From Phreatobacter sp. (GTDB lineage: Bacteria; Pseudomonadota; Alphaproteobacteria; Rhizobiales; Phreatobacteraceae), in NCBI RefSeq assembly GCF_022843985.1, contig NZ_JALHMP010000012.1:35471-99470 (forward strand): a DNA stretch of 64,000 bases. The letters run 5' to 3'. Positions 44,201 through 53,431 of the stretch are shown in pieces. The notes beneath the pieces are model-generated. The model made no database searches, had not been told where the DNA came from, and worked only from the letters and a program-made list of their open reading frames with translations. Made by a program: the position numbers and the translations under genes. The stretch's first letter is position 1, and each line of letters begins with the position of its first letter.

Positions 44201-44898
44201 CCGACGACCTGATCGCCACCGCCGGGGAATATGTCGCCGGACTGATGTCGCCGGAGGAGCAGGAGACCTTCGAACGGCTGATCGCCAGCGACCCCGTGGC
44301 CCGCAGCGCCGTCGCGGACTGGCGCTCGCGGCTTCTCGCCCTCGACGAGACCGCGCCCCGGCTGACGCCCTCCGCAGGCCTGTGGCCGGCCATCGAGACG
44401 GCTATCGGCGCTGCGCGTCCGGGACAGGCGAAACCCGGCTGGTTCGCGCGCCTCTGGCAGGATGTCTCCGCCCTGAGGCTCGCCACGCTCGCGGGGGCTG
44501 CGGCGGCCCTGGTCATGGCAGTGCTTCTCGTCACCCAGCCGTTCGGCGGCGCGGGCAAGCCCACCGTCGTCGCCGTGCTCAACGCACCGAATACCAGCGA
44601 GGCCGGCGCCATCGTCGAGGCTTTCGCCGACGGCCGTATCCGCGTCGTGCCGCTGCGCGCCATTCCGGTGCCGGAAGGGCGGGTGCTGCAGGTCTGGACC
44701 CTGTGGGACCGGCAGGTCGGTCCGCGTTCGGTCGGCCTGATGGAGCGGGCCGAGGCGCGCGACTACGCGACATCCGGCATGCCGCGGCCGGTCGACCAGC
44801 AATTGTACGAGATCACGCTGGAGCCCGCGGGCGGCTCACCGACCGGGCGGCCGACCGGGCCAATCCTCTATGTCGGGCGGGGTGCGACGCCGCTGTAA
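44197..44898 (+). CDS. Anti-sigma factor, RskA-like
   Basis: AGEYVAGL, one TM, LQVW, ITLEP.GGSPTG.PTGPI; ATGA overlap with the sigma gene. Confidence 0.9.
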   Translation: MTDDLIATAGEYVAGLMSPEEQETFERLIASDPVARSAVADWRSRLLALDETAPRLTPSAGLWPAIETAIGAARPGQAKPGWFARLWQDVSALRLATLAGAAAALVMAVLLVTQPFGGAGKPTVVAVLNAPNTSEAGAIVEAFADGRIRVVPLRAIPVPEGRVLQVWTLWDRQVGPRSVGLMERAEARDYATSGMPRPVDQQLYEITLEPAGGSPTGRPTGPILYVGRGATPL

Positions 44899-45003
44899 GA
44901 CCGTCGGCAGGGCGTAGCGGGGCTCTGCGGGGCCCGCTGCCCCTTGCCGATGACCGCTCCCCTGGGCTACCCAAGCGCTTCTCCTCCACTGTCGGGCCCG
45001 CCC

Positions 45004-46473
45004 ATGACCGCTCATGCCAATCCGAAGAACCTCATCCCCGGCGCCACGGGCGACTGGGAGGTGGTGATCGGCCTCGAGATCCATGCGCAGGTGGCCTCCA
45101 ACGCCAAACTGTTCTCGGGGGCCGCTGTCGGCTTCGGCGCGCCGGAAAACAGCCAGGTGAGCCTCGTCGACGCGGCCATGCCGGGGATGCTGCCGGTCAT
45201 CAACGAGGAATGCGTGCGCCAGGCGATCCGTACCGGGCTCGGCCTCAAGGCGACGATCAACCACCGCTCGGTCTTCGACCGGAAGAACTATTTCTATCCA
45301 GACCTGCCACAGGGCTATCAGATCAGCCAGTACAAGAGCCCGATCGTCGGCGAGGGCGAGGTCATCGTCGACCTGTCGCCGACCGAAAGCTTCACGGTCG
45401 GCATCGAGCGCCTGCACCTGGAACAGGATGCCGGCAAGTCGATCCACGATCAGCACCCGACGCTGTCCTATATCGACCTCAACCGCTCCGGCACCGCGCT
45501 GATGGAGATCGTCTCCAAGCCGGACATGCGCTCGGCCGACGAGGCCAAGGCCTATGTGACCAAGCTGCGCACCATCCTGCGCTATCTCGGCACCTGCGAC
45601 GGCGACATGGAGAAGGGCAACCTACGGGCCGACGTCAATGTCTCCGTGCGCAAGCCCGGCGATCCCTTCGGCACCCGCTGCGAGATCAAGAACGTCAACT
45701 CCATCCGCTTCATCGGCCAAGCGGTCGATTACGAGGCGCGCCGGCAGATCGGCATCCTTGAGGATGGCGGCACGATCGACCAGGAGACGCGCCTCTACGA
45801 CGCGACCAAGGGCGAGACGCGCTCCATGCGCTCGAAGGAGGAGGCGCACGACTACCGCTACTTCCCTGATCCCGACCTGCTTCCGCTTGAATTCAGCCAG
45901 GCCTATGTGGACGATCTCGCCGCTGTCCTGCCGGAACTGCCGGACGCCAAGAAGGCGCGCTTCATCAGCCAGTACGGGCTCACCCCCTATGACGCCTCGA
46001 TCCTCGTGCTGGAACGCGACAATGCCGACTATTTCGAAGCCGTCGCCAAGGGGCGCGACGCCAAGGCCTCGGCCAACTGGGTGATCAACGAGCTGTTCGG
46101 CCGCCTCAACAGGGATGGCCGCGATGTCACGACCTCGCCGGTGACGCCGGCCCAGATCGGCGGCATCGTCGATCTCATCGCCTCGGGCGTCATTTCCGGC
46201 AAGATCGCCAAGGACTTGTTCGAGATCATCTATACGGAGGGCGGAGACCCGGCGGCGGTGGTGGAAGCCCGCGGCATGAAGCAGGTCACCGATACCGGCG
46301 CCATCGAGAAGGTGATCGACGCGGTCATCGCGGCCAATCCCGACAAGGTCCAGCAGGCCATCGCCAAGCCGACCATGCTCGGATGGTTTGTCGGTCAGGT
46401 GATGAAAGCCTCCGGCGGCAAGGCCAATCCCGAGGCGGTGAATGCGATGCTGAAGACGAAACTCGGGATCTGA
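45004..46473 (+). CDS. gatB: Asp/Glu-tRNA amidotransferase subunit B
   Basis: [64 protein letters not shown]. Confidence 0.97.
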   Translation: MTAHANPKNLIPGATGDWEVVIGLEIHAQVASNAKLFSGAAVGFGAPENSQVSLVDAAMPGMLPVINEECVRQAIRTGLGLKATINHRSVFDRKNYFYPDLPQGYQISQYKSPIVGEGEVIVDLSPTESFTVGIERLHLEQDAGKSIHDQHPTLSYIDLNRSGTALMEIVSKPDMRSADEAKAYVTKLRTILRYLGTCDGDMEKGNLRADVNVSVRKPGDPFGTRCEIKNVNSIRFIGQAVDYEARRQIGILEDGGTIDQETRLYDATKGETRSMRSKEEAHDYRYFPDPDLLPLEFSQAYVDDLAAVLPELPDAKKARFISQYGLTPYDASILVLERDNADYFEAVAKGRDAKASANWVINELFGRLNRDGRDVTTSPVTPAQIGGIVDLIASGVISGKIAKDLFEIIYTEGGDPAAVVEARGMKQVTDTGAIEKVIDAVIAANPDKVQQAIAKPTMLGWFVGQVMKASGGKANPEAVNAMLKTKLGI

Positions 46474-46517
46474 GGCGGGGGCGCGGCCCGGCCTCTAGGC
46501 TGCGACAGGACCACCGG

Positions 46518-47096
46518 ATGGCGAGCCTCTGGACGGCGAACATCGCGCGGGATCCCCGGTATCGGGGCGCCGAGGAGATCATTGCGGCGGCCGGCTATGC
46601 CATCACCATCGCCGATGATGGTATCGCCATCGTCAATGAGGAGACCGGCGACAGCCAGCGTTTCCGCTCGCGCAAGGATGTCCTCGCCTTCGCCGCGTCG
46701 CTCGCATCGGGCGAACCGCCGCCGGTCCAAAAGCGGGGTGCGAGGATCCGCAACGGCCCGGGGTTCCGCGACCGGTCGGCCCGTCCGCCGGCGCGCGAGG
46801 CGGGATCGGGCGCGGACGGCGATGAGGAGTTGGATCTCGCCCGGCTGAAGGCGCTCTGCCAGGCGCTAACCATCGAGCGTGACGCGTGGAGGGCGCGGGC
46901 GCAGATCCGTGAGGAGACGGCGGCGAGCGAGCCCGCCGATGGTGGCGAGCAATACCGCGCGCTGAAGAAGTTCATCGCCCGCGAGTTCCACCCCGACCAG
47001 GTCCGTGCCGACGGAATCGAGCGGCTGGTGCGCACCGAGGTCTTCAAGACGATCTGGGCCCATATCGAGGAGATCGAGCGGTCCGGGCGGTCCTAG
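46518..47096 (+). CDS. Hypothetical protein with a C-terminal J-domain-like HPD module
   Basis: YRALKKFIAREFHPDQ...RTEVFKTIW resembles J-domain helix II-HPD-helix III; central coiled coil. Confidence 0.65.
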   Translation: MASLWTANIARDPRYRGAEEIIAAAGYAITIADDGIAIVNEETGDSQRFRSRKDVLAFAASLASGEPPPVQKRGARIRNGPGFRDRSARPPAREAGSGADGDEELDLARLKALCQALTIERDAWRARAQIREETAASEPADGGEQYRALKKFIAREFHPDQVRADGIERLVRTEVFKTIWAHIEEIERSGRS

Positions 47097-47194
47097 GGTC
47101 GGCCCTCCGCAGATCGGCTGCCAGCTTTGTGGCAATACGGTTTGCGACGCAGGGGATGATCGTTTTCCATGCCGGCCTCCTGGGGAGGAAAATC

Positions 47195-47827
47195 ATGTCG
47201 AAACGCTTCACGCTCCACGGTTTCTGGCTGTCGGGCCCGACCTACAAGGTCGGTCTCATGCTCAGCCTCTGCGGCGAGGATTTTGCCTATCATTCGCTCA
47301 ATCTGCGCGCCGGCGAGCACAAGGCGCCGGCGTTCCTGGCCAGGAACCGCTTCGGTCAGGTGCCGGCCCTGGAGGATGCGAAAACCGGCCTGTCGCTCTG
47401 CCAGTCGGCGGCGATCCTCGATTATCTCGCGGCCGAACTGGGTCAGTTCCAGGGCGACGGCGCTGCCGGGACCGCCCGCGCGCGCGAATGGATGTTCTGG
47501 GATTTCGACCGGCTCGCCGGGCCCATCTACCGTTCGCGTGCCCAGCGCTTCGGCCTTCGGGCCTATAACCAGCCGATCATGGAAATGTACTGGGCCGAAG
47601 GCAATGCGGCGCTGAAGGTGCTGGAGGAGGCGCTGGCGAAGGCCGACTGGCTCGCCGGGCCGCGCCCGACCATCGCCGACATCGACGTCTATGGCGTGGT
47701 TGCCTATGCGCCGCAGGCGGGCTTCGACCTCGCCGTCTATCCGGCCATCAGCACCTGGATGAGCCGGATGGAGGCGCTGCCGGGCTTCATCGCCAGCGAC
47801 GGCCTGCCCAAGGCGACGCGCGCGTGA
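47195..47827 (+). CDS. Glutathione S-transferase family protein
   Basis: SGPTYKV.L.L, NRFGQVPAL.D, L.QSAAILDYLA, WLAG..PTIADI; GAGGA RBS. Confidence 0.92.
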   Translation: MSKRFTLHGFWLSGPTYKVGLMLSLCGEDFAYHSLNLRAGEHKAPAFLARNRFGQVPALEDAKTGLSLCQSAAILDYLAAELGQFQGDGAAGTARAREWMFWDFDRLAGPIYRSRAQRFGLRAYNQPIMEMYWAEGNAALKVLEEALAKADWLAGPRPTIADIDVYGVVAYAPQAGFDLAVYPAISTWMSRMEALPGFIASDGLPKATRA

Positions 47828-48297
47828 GCGCCGAGGTCACCTTGCGGGAAGCGACCGTGGCCGACGTGCCGCGGATCGCCGCGCTCATCGCCATGGGCGA
47901 CGCCAAGTCGCCCCTGGATGCCGCCGCGGCCGAGGCGGAGGGCCTCCACCCCGCTTATGCCGCGGCATTCCGGCGGCTCGCTGCGTCAGAGGCCAACCAT
48001 CTGTTCGTGGCGGAGCAGGGCGGGCGCATCGTCGGTACCTACCAGCTCACGGTCCTGCCGGGCATCGCCGAGCGCGGCCGCACCCGCGGCAAGATCGAGA
48101 GCGTCCATGTCGACCCGACCCTGCGTCGCAGCGGCATCGGCGCGGCGATGATGCGCCACGCCATCGCCACTGCCCGCGACAAGGGGATCGGGCTTGTCGA
48201 GCTGTCGTCGAACAAGAGCCGCACCGATGCCCATCGCTTCTACGAGCGGCTGGGTTTCGCCAGGAGCCACGAGGGCTTCAAGATGGCCCTCGACTGA
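47824..48297 (+). CDS. GNAT N-acetyltransferase
   Basis: VGTYQLT.LPG, IESVHVDP.LRRSGIG..M, LSSNKSRTDAHRFYERLGF..SHEGFK. Confidence 0.92.
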   Translation: MSAEVTLREATVADVPRIAALIAMGDAKSPLDAAAAEAEGLHPAYAAAFRRLAASEANHLFVAEQGGRIVGTYQLTVLPGIAERGRTRGKIESVHVDPTLRRSGIGAAMMRHAIATARDKGIGLVELSSNKSRTDAHRFYERLGFARSHEGFKMALD

Positions 48298-48315
48298 GGG
48301 TCGCTCCGCCGGGGG

Positions 48316-48603
48316 TCAACCGCGGCGGCGGCCGCGGCATTCCGGCAGGAAGCTGCGCCAGGTCTTGCCGGCGGCCTGCAGCCGGGTCTTGTCGCGCCGC
48401 CATTCGGCGCCGCAATCCCGCATGATCTGGTCGTTGCGCAGCTGCGCGGCCGAGCGTGGCCGCCGGGTGGTGCCCGCGGCCGGGGGCGTGGTGGCCGTCT
48501 CGGTTGCGGCACTGCGGCTGCGCGTGGGCGCCGTGGACTGGGCGGTGGCGATATCAGCGGTGAGGATGAGGGCGGCGACGGCCGCGAGCCAGTGAAGTCG
48601 CAT
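48316..48603 (-). CDS. Small secreted protein with a PsiF-like Cys/Trp C-terminal motif
   Basis: GGAGGA RBS; signal peptide; low-complexity Thr/Ala linker; MRDCGAEWRRDK...GKTWRSFLPEC. Confidence 0.75.
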   Translation of the reverse strand: MRLHWLAAVAALILTADIATAQSTAPTRSRSAATETATTPPAAGTTRRPRSAAQLRNDQIMRDCGAEWRRDKTRLQAAGKTWRSFLPECRGRRRG

Positions 48604-48830
48604 GGTTGATCCTCCGAGTGATCGCGCTGAACGTGTCACCCTGAGGCAGAACCCCGGATGAACGTCGCTGCGGTTGTATCCTGCCCTGTTCCTGCAACCG
48701 TGCAACTGAGGCATCGCACGGATGGGCCCTCGAGGGGTTGGCCTCCCGCGGCAAGATGCTAGCCTCCCGCTCCCGAGGCCCGGCGGCCCCGACCGGTGCC
48801 ACCGGGATCAGGTTCACGCGGAGACGCTCC

Positions 48831-49529
48831 ATGTCGCAACGTCCGATCGAACTCCATTACTGGCCGACCCCGAACGGGTGGAAGATCACCATCATGCTGG
48901 AGGAATGCGGGCTGCCGTACAACGTCATTCCCGTGAACATCGGCAAGGGCGACCAGTTCAAGCCCGAATTCCTGAAGATCGCCCCGAACAACCGGATGCC
49001 GGCCATCGTCGATCCCGACGGGCCGGATGGCGCGCCGATCTCGGTCTTCGAGTCGGGCGCAATCCTCCTCTATCTCGGCCGCAAGACCGGCCGGTTCTAT
49101 CCGCAGGACGAGCGCGGCCGCGTGGCGGTGGAGGAATGGCTGATGTGGCAGATGGCCGGCTTCGGCCCCATGCTCGGCCAGACGCACCATTTCCGTATCT
49201 ATGCGCCTGAAAAGATCGAGTATGCGATCAACCGCTATACCAACGAGGCCAACCGCCTCTATGGCGTCCTCAACCGACGTCTCGAGGGGCGCGACTTCAT
49301 CTGCGACGCGGTGTCGATTGCCGATTTCGCCTGTATCGGCTGGGCAAAGCTCTGGGAACGGCAGGGGCAGGACATGGACCAGTTCCCGCAGGTGAAGGCC
49401 TGGATCGACCGGATGCTGGCGCGGCCGGCGGTGCAGAAGGGGCTGATGGTCAACAAGGAGGACCGCAACGCTACGGCGCCGCGCGATCCGGCGGCGCAGG
49501 CGATCCTCTTCGGCCAGACGGCGCGCTGA
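48831..49529 (+). CDS. GST Nu-class (YfcG/YghU-like) disulfide oxidoreductase
   Basis: WPTPNGWKI.IMLEE, PNNRMPAIVD, FESGAILLYL..KTG, RYTNE..RLYGVL. Confidence 0.92.
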   Translation: MSQRPIELHYWPTPNGWKITIMLEECGLPYNVIPVNIGKGDQFKPEFLKIAPNNRMPAIVDPDGPDGAPISVFESGAILLYLGRKTGRFYPQDERGRVAVEEWLMWQMAGFGPMLGQTHHFRIYAPEKIEYAINRYTNEANRLYGVLNRRLEGRDFICDAVSIADFACIGWAKLWERQGQDMDQFPQVKAWIDRMLARPAVQKGLMVNKEDRNATAPRDPAAQAILFGQTAR

Positions 49530-49578
49530 CCCACGACCATGCCGGCGCTGTGGCGGGGGCTTTCACCTTGTCGTAGCG

Positions 49579-49594
49579 TTAATCTTACGTTGAC
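49579..49594 (+). promoter_or_regulatory. CtrA-box-like site upstream of the Sel1 gene
   Basis: TTAA-tcttacg-TTGAC. Confidence 0.55.
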
Positions 49595-49671
49595 CTATGG
49601 GAAGCAGACTGCGGCTGATGAATGGTATCGGGCGGCCGACCGGTCCGCCCCTCTCAATCGGAGATCATGCG

Positions 49672-49956
49672 ATGACCGTGATGATCCTCGCAGAGGACGA
49701 AGCGCCGTCCATCGTGCCGGCCGATCTAGCCGACAGGCCAGCCCGCGAGTTGGGAACGCTCTATGCGGCCGGGCGGGTCGTGCCGCGCGACCTCGTCGCC
49801 GCCCATATGTGGTTCAACATCGCCGCCCTGAAGGGCGACCGCGACGCGGCCCACAGGCGGCAGGAGGTCGCTGCCGAGATGAGCAAGGACGAGATCTCGC
49901 AGGCCCTTGGCTGGGCGAGGGCATGGCTCGATTCGCAAGCGCCTGTGGCCGTCTGA
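49672..49956 (+). CDS. Small Sel1-repeat protein
   Basis: LGTLYAAGR.VPRDLVAAHMWFNIAALKG...A...R..VAAEMS..EI..A...AR.W; GGAG RBS. Confidence 0.85.
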   Translation: MTVMILAEDEAPSIVPADLADRPARELGTLYAAGRVVPRDLVAAHMWFNIAALKGDRDAAHRRQEVAAEMSKDEISQALGWARAWLDSQAPVAV

Positions 49957-51177
49957 TCAGGCGGCCTTGAGACGGGCGCGTTCCTTGCGCATGTCCGGCA
50001 GGAAGACGGTCAGAAGACCGATCAGCGGCAGGAACGAGCAGAGCCAGTAGACATATTCAATGCCCCTGGCATCGGCGATCTGGCCGAGCACCGCTGCGCC
50101 GATGCCGCCCATGCCGAAGGCGAAGCCGAAGAACAGCCCGGAAATCATGCCGACCTTGCCGGGGACGAGTTCCTGGGCGAAGACGAGGATCGCTGAGAAG
50201 GCCGAGGCCATGACCACGCCGATGATGCCGGTGAGGATCACGGTTCCCGTCAGGTTGGCGTAGGGCAGGGCGAGGGTGAAGGGGAGCGTCCCCAGGATCG
50301 ACCCCCAGATCACCAGCTTGCGGCCGAAGCGGTCGCCGATCGGGCCGCCGAGCACCGTCCCCACCGCGAGGCCGCCGAGGAAGACGAAGAGCAGCAACTG
50401 CGCGTCACGCACCGACACGCCGAAACGGTGGATGGTGTAGAAGGTGTAGTAGCTGGTCAGGCTGGCCATGTAGACATATTTCGAGAAGACCAGCAGTCCA
50501 AGAACCGTTAGCGCGATCAGCACCTTGCGGCGCGGCAGGACGAAGGGGCGGGCAGGCGCCGGCCGCGCGGCCTGGGCCGCCCGCTGGCGCGCATACCAGC
50601 CGCCGACCCTGACAAGGATAACCATGGCGGTGAGCGCCAGCGCGCCGAACCAGGCGACGGATTGCTGGCCCCGCGGCAGGATGATGAAGGCCGCCGCCAG
50701 CGGTCCAAGGGCGGTGCCGACATTGCCGCCGACCTGGAACAGCGACTGGGCGAGGCCGTGGCGCCCGCCCGAGGCGAGCCGCGCCATGCGCGAGGATTCC
50801 GGGTGGAACACCGCCGAGCCGAAGCCGACCAGGCCGGCGGCGACGAGGAGCAATTCGTAGGTTGCCGCATGGGCGAGGAGGATCAGCCCGGCAAGTGAAA
50901 AGCCCATCCCCACAGCCAGCGAATAGGGCTGCGGATGCCTGTCGGTATAGAGACCGACCAGCGGCTGGAACAGTGCGGCGGTTCCGGAGAAGACGAAAGC
51001 GAGGAGGCCGATCTGGCCGAAATCCAGCGCGTAATTCTCCTTCAGGACGGGATAGAGCGCCGCGACCAGCGACTGCATCACGTCGTTCAGCAGATGGCAG
51101 GTGCTGAGCGCCGCCAGGATGCCGAAGGAGGTGCGGTCGACAGCAGGGGCGGCCGTGGCGACGGGCGTGCTGGTCAC
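49957..51177 (-). CDS. MFS transporter, Fsr (fosmidomycin resistance)-like
   Basis: HLLNDVMQSL..ALYP, QPLVG.YTD, AVFHPESSR, G.AQS.FQVGGN.G, GGPIGDRFGRK; GAGGAG RBS before GTG. Confidence 0.9.
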   Translation of the reverse strand: MTSTPVATAAPAVDRTSFGILAALSTCHLLNDVMQSLVAALYPVLKENYALDFGQIGLLAFVFSGTAALFQPLVGLYTDRHPQPYSLAVGMGFSLAGLILLAHAATYELLLVAAGLVGFGSAVFHPESSRMARLASGGRHGLAQSLFQVGGNVGTALGPLAAAFIILPRGQQSVAWFGALALTAMVILVRVGGWYARQRAAQAARPAPARPFVLPRRKVLIALTVLGLLVFSKYVYMASLTSYYTFYTIHRFGVSVRDAQLLLFVFLGGLAVGTVLGGPIGDRFGRKLVIWGSILGTLPFTLALPYANLTGTVILTGIIGVVMASAFSAILVFAQELVPGKVGMISGLFFGFAFGMGGIGAAVLGQIADARGIEYVYWLCSFLPLIGLLTVFLPDMRKERARLKAA

Positions 51178-51301
51178 GGATGCTCCTCGGGGCGGCATCG
51201 GCTGCTTCATTCCTGCCCGATCAGGAGGCAATCCTCGGCAGGGGTCAATGCTGCCGGGCCGGGAGCCCGCATGCGCGGGGCGAGGGGCTCCCGCTGCCGG
51301 G

Positions 51302-53143
51302 TCAGTTCACCACGCGCACGGCGCCCCGGGCGGCGCTGGTGGTGAGGGCGGCATAGGCCCTCAAGGCCGTCGTCACCTTGCGCTTGCGCGGGGCGGCCGG
51401 CTGCCAGGCGGCCTTGCCCCTTGCTTCCATGGCGGCGCGGCGGCGGGCGAGTTCCGCGTCGGAGACGCGCATGGCGATCGTCCGATTGGGAATATCGATG
51501 TCGATCATGTCGCCCTCCTCGACGAGGCCGATGGCGCCGCCTTCCGCCGCTTCCGGCGAGGCATGGCCGATGGAGAGGCCGGAGGTGCCGCCGGAGAAGC
51601 GGCCGTCGGTGATGAGGGCGCAGGCCTTGCCGAGGCCCTTCGACTTCAGATAGCTCGTCGGATAGAGCATTTCCTGCATGCCGGGACCGCCGCGCGGCCC
51701 CTCATAGCGGATGACGACGACGTCGCCGGCCTTGATCTTGTTGGTGAGGATGGCATCGACCGCCGCGTCCTGGCTCTCGAAGATGCGGGCTGGGCCGGAG
51801 AAGGTCAGGATCGAGGTGTCGACCCCGGCGGTCTTCACGATGCAGCCGTCGAGCGCGATGTTGCCGGAGAGCACGGCGAGGCCGCCGTCCTGCGAATAGG
51901 CGTGTTCCGCGGAGCGGATGACGCCCGTCTCGCGGTCGAGGTCGAGTTCCTCGAAACGGCGGCTCTGGCTGAAGGCGGTCTGGGTCGGCACGCCGCCCGG
52001 TGCGGCGGAATAGAAGGTCCTGACGCTCTCGCTGTCGGTCACCGTGATGTCCCAGCGGGCGAGGGCGGCCGCCATGCTTTCGGCATGGACGGTCGGCAGG
52101 CTCGTGTCGATGAGCCCGGCGCGGGCGAGTTCGCCGAGAATGGCCATGATGCCGCCGGCGCGGTGGACGTCCTCCATATGGACATTGGCGACGGAGGGCG
52201 CGACCTTGCAGAGCACCGGCACGCGGCGGGAGAGGCGGTCGATATCCTCCATGGTGAAGCCGATCTCGCCCTCATAGGCGGCAGCCAGCAGGTGCAGCAC
52301 CGTATTGGTCGAGCCGCCCATGGCGATGTCGAGCGTCATGGCGTTCTCGAAGGCCTTGAACGAGGCGACGGAGCGCGGCAGTACGCTCACGTCGTCCTGC
52401 TCATAATGGCGGCGCGCGAGATCGACGATGAGATGGCCGGCCTCGACGAAGAGGCGCTTGCGGTCGGCATGAGTCGCCAGCACCGAGCCGTTGCCGGGCA
52501 GGGCGAGGCCGAGGGCTTCGGTGAGGCAGTTCATCGAGTTGGCGGTGAACATGCCCGAGCAGGAGCCGCAGGTCGGGCAGGCGGCGCGCTCGATGGCGGC
52601 GACCTCTTCGTCGGAGATGCTGTCGTCGGCGGCGGCGACCATGGCGTCGACCAGGTCGACCTTCTTGAGGACACCGTCGGCAATGAACTTGCCGGCTTCC
52701 ATCGGTCCGCCCGAGACGAAGACGGTCGGGATGTTGATGCGCAGGGACGCCATGAGCATGCCGGGCGTGATCTTGTCGCAGTTGGAGATGCAGACCAGGG
52801 CGTCGGCGCAATGGGCGTTGGTCATGTACTCGACGCTGTCGGCGATGACCTCGCGCGAGGGCAGCGAATAGAGCATCCCGTCATGGCCCATGGCGATGCC
52901 GTCATCGACCGCGATGGTGTTGAACTCCTTGGCGACGCCGCCGGCCTTCTCGATCTCGCGCGCCACCAGCTGGCCGAGATCCTTCAGGTGCACATGGCCC
53001 GGCACGAACTGGGTGAAGGAATTGGCGATGGCGATGATCGGCTTGCCGAAATCGGAATCCTTCATGCCGGTGGCACGCCACAGGCCGCGGGCACCGGCCA
53101 TGTTGCGGCCATGGGTCGTGGTGCGTGAACGATAGGCGGGCAT
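51302..53143 (-). CDS. ilvD: Dihydroxy-acid dehydratase
   Basis: [74 protein letters not shown]. Confidence 0.97.
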   Translation of the reverse strand: MPAYRSRTTTHGRNMAGARGLWRATGMKDSDFGKPIIAIANSFTQFVPGHVHLKDLGQLVAREIEKAGGVAKEFNTIAVDDGIAMGHDGMLYSLPSREVIADSVEYMTNAHCADALVCISNCDKITPGMLMASLRINIPTVFVSGGPMEAGKFIADGVLKKVDLVDAMVAAADDSISDEEVAAIERAACPTCGSCSGMFTANSMNCLTEALGLALPGNGSVLATHADRKRLFVEAGHLIVDLARRHYEQDDVSVLPRSVASFKAFENAMTLDIAMGGSTNTVLHLLAAAYEGEIGFTMEDIDRLSRRVPVLCKVAPSVANVHMEDVHRAGGIMAILGELARAGLIDTSLPTVHAESMAAALARWDITVTDSESVRTFYSAAPGGVPTQTAFSQSRRFEELDLDRETGVIRSAEHAYSQDGGLAVLSGNIALDGCIVKTAGVDTSILTFSGPARIFESQDAAVDAILTNKIKAGDVVVIRYEGPRGGPGMQEMLYPTSYLKSKGLGKACALITDGRFSGGTSGLSIGHASPEAAEGGAIGLVEEGDMIDIDIPNRTIAMRVSDAELARRRAAMEARGKAAWQPAAPRKRKVTTALRAYAALTTSAARGAVRVVN

Positions 53144-53225
53144 GGTCGTTTCCAAGTCTCGTCGTGGATCTGTTCGATCGGTCCGGCGTGCGGTCCGTTG
53201 ATCCAGCCTTTATCGGTTCAAAACG

Positions 53226-53235
53226 GGTTAGACCA
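53226..53235. promoter_or_regulatory. Possible GntR/FadR-type operator in the divergent ilvD/hydantoinase promoter region
   Basis: GGT-TAG-ACCA fits the GGT-N3-ACCA core. Confidence 0.25.
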
Positions 53236-53431
53236 GTGCGGCACGGCGGCGTGGCCGAGCCGCGCCAGCGACATGGCAGGCATTCGTCCACTCTGGTTCA
53301 GGACTTGCGTCGGTCCCAGCCGTGCAGCGGCATCAGGCCTTCGGCCCGAAAGCAGACCTTCCGCCGCCCGGCCTGCTTGCCGTTCAATGCTGCAGGCCGG
53401 ATCGGCCGGTCCGGTCATGGAGCAAAGCGAC

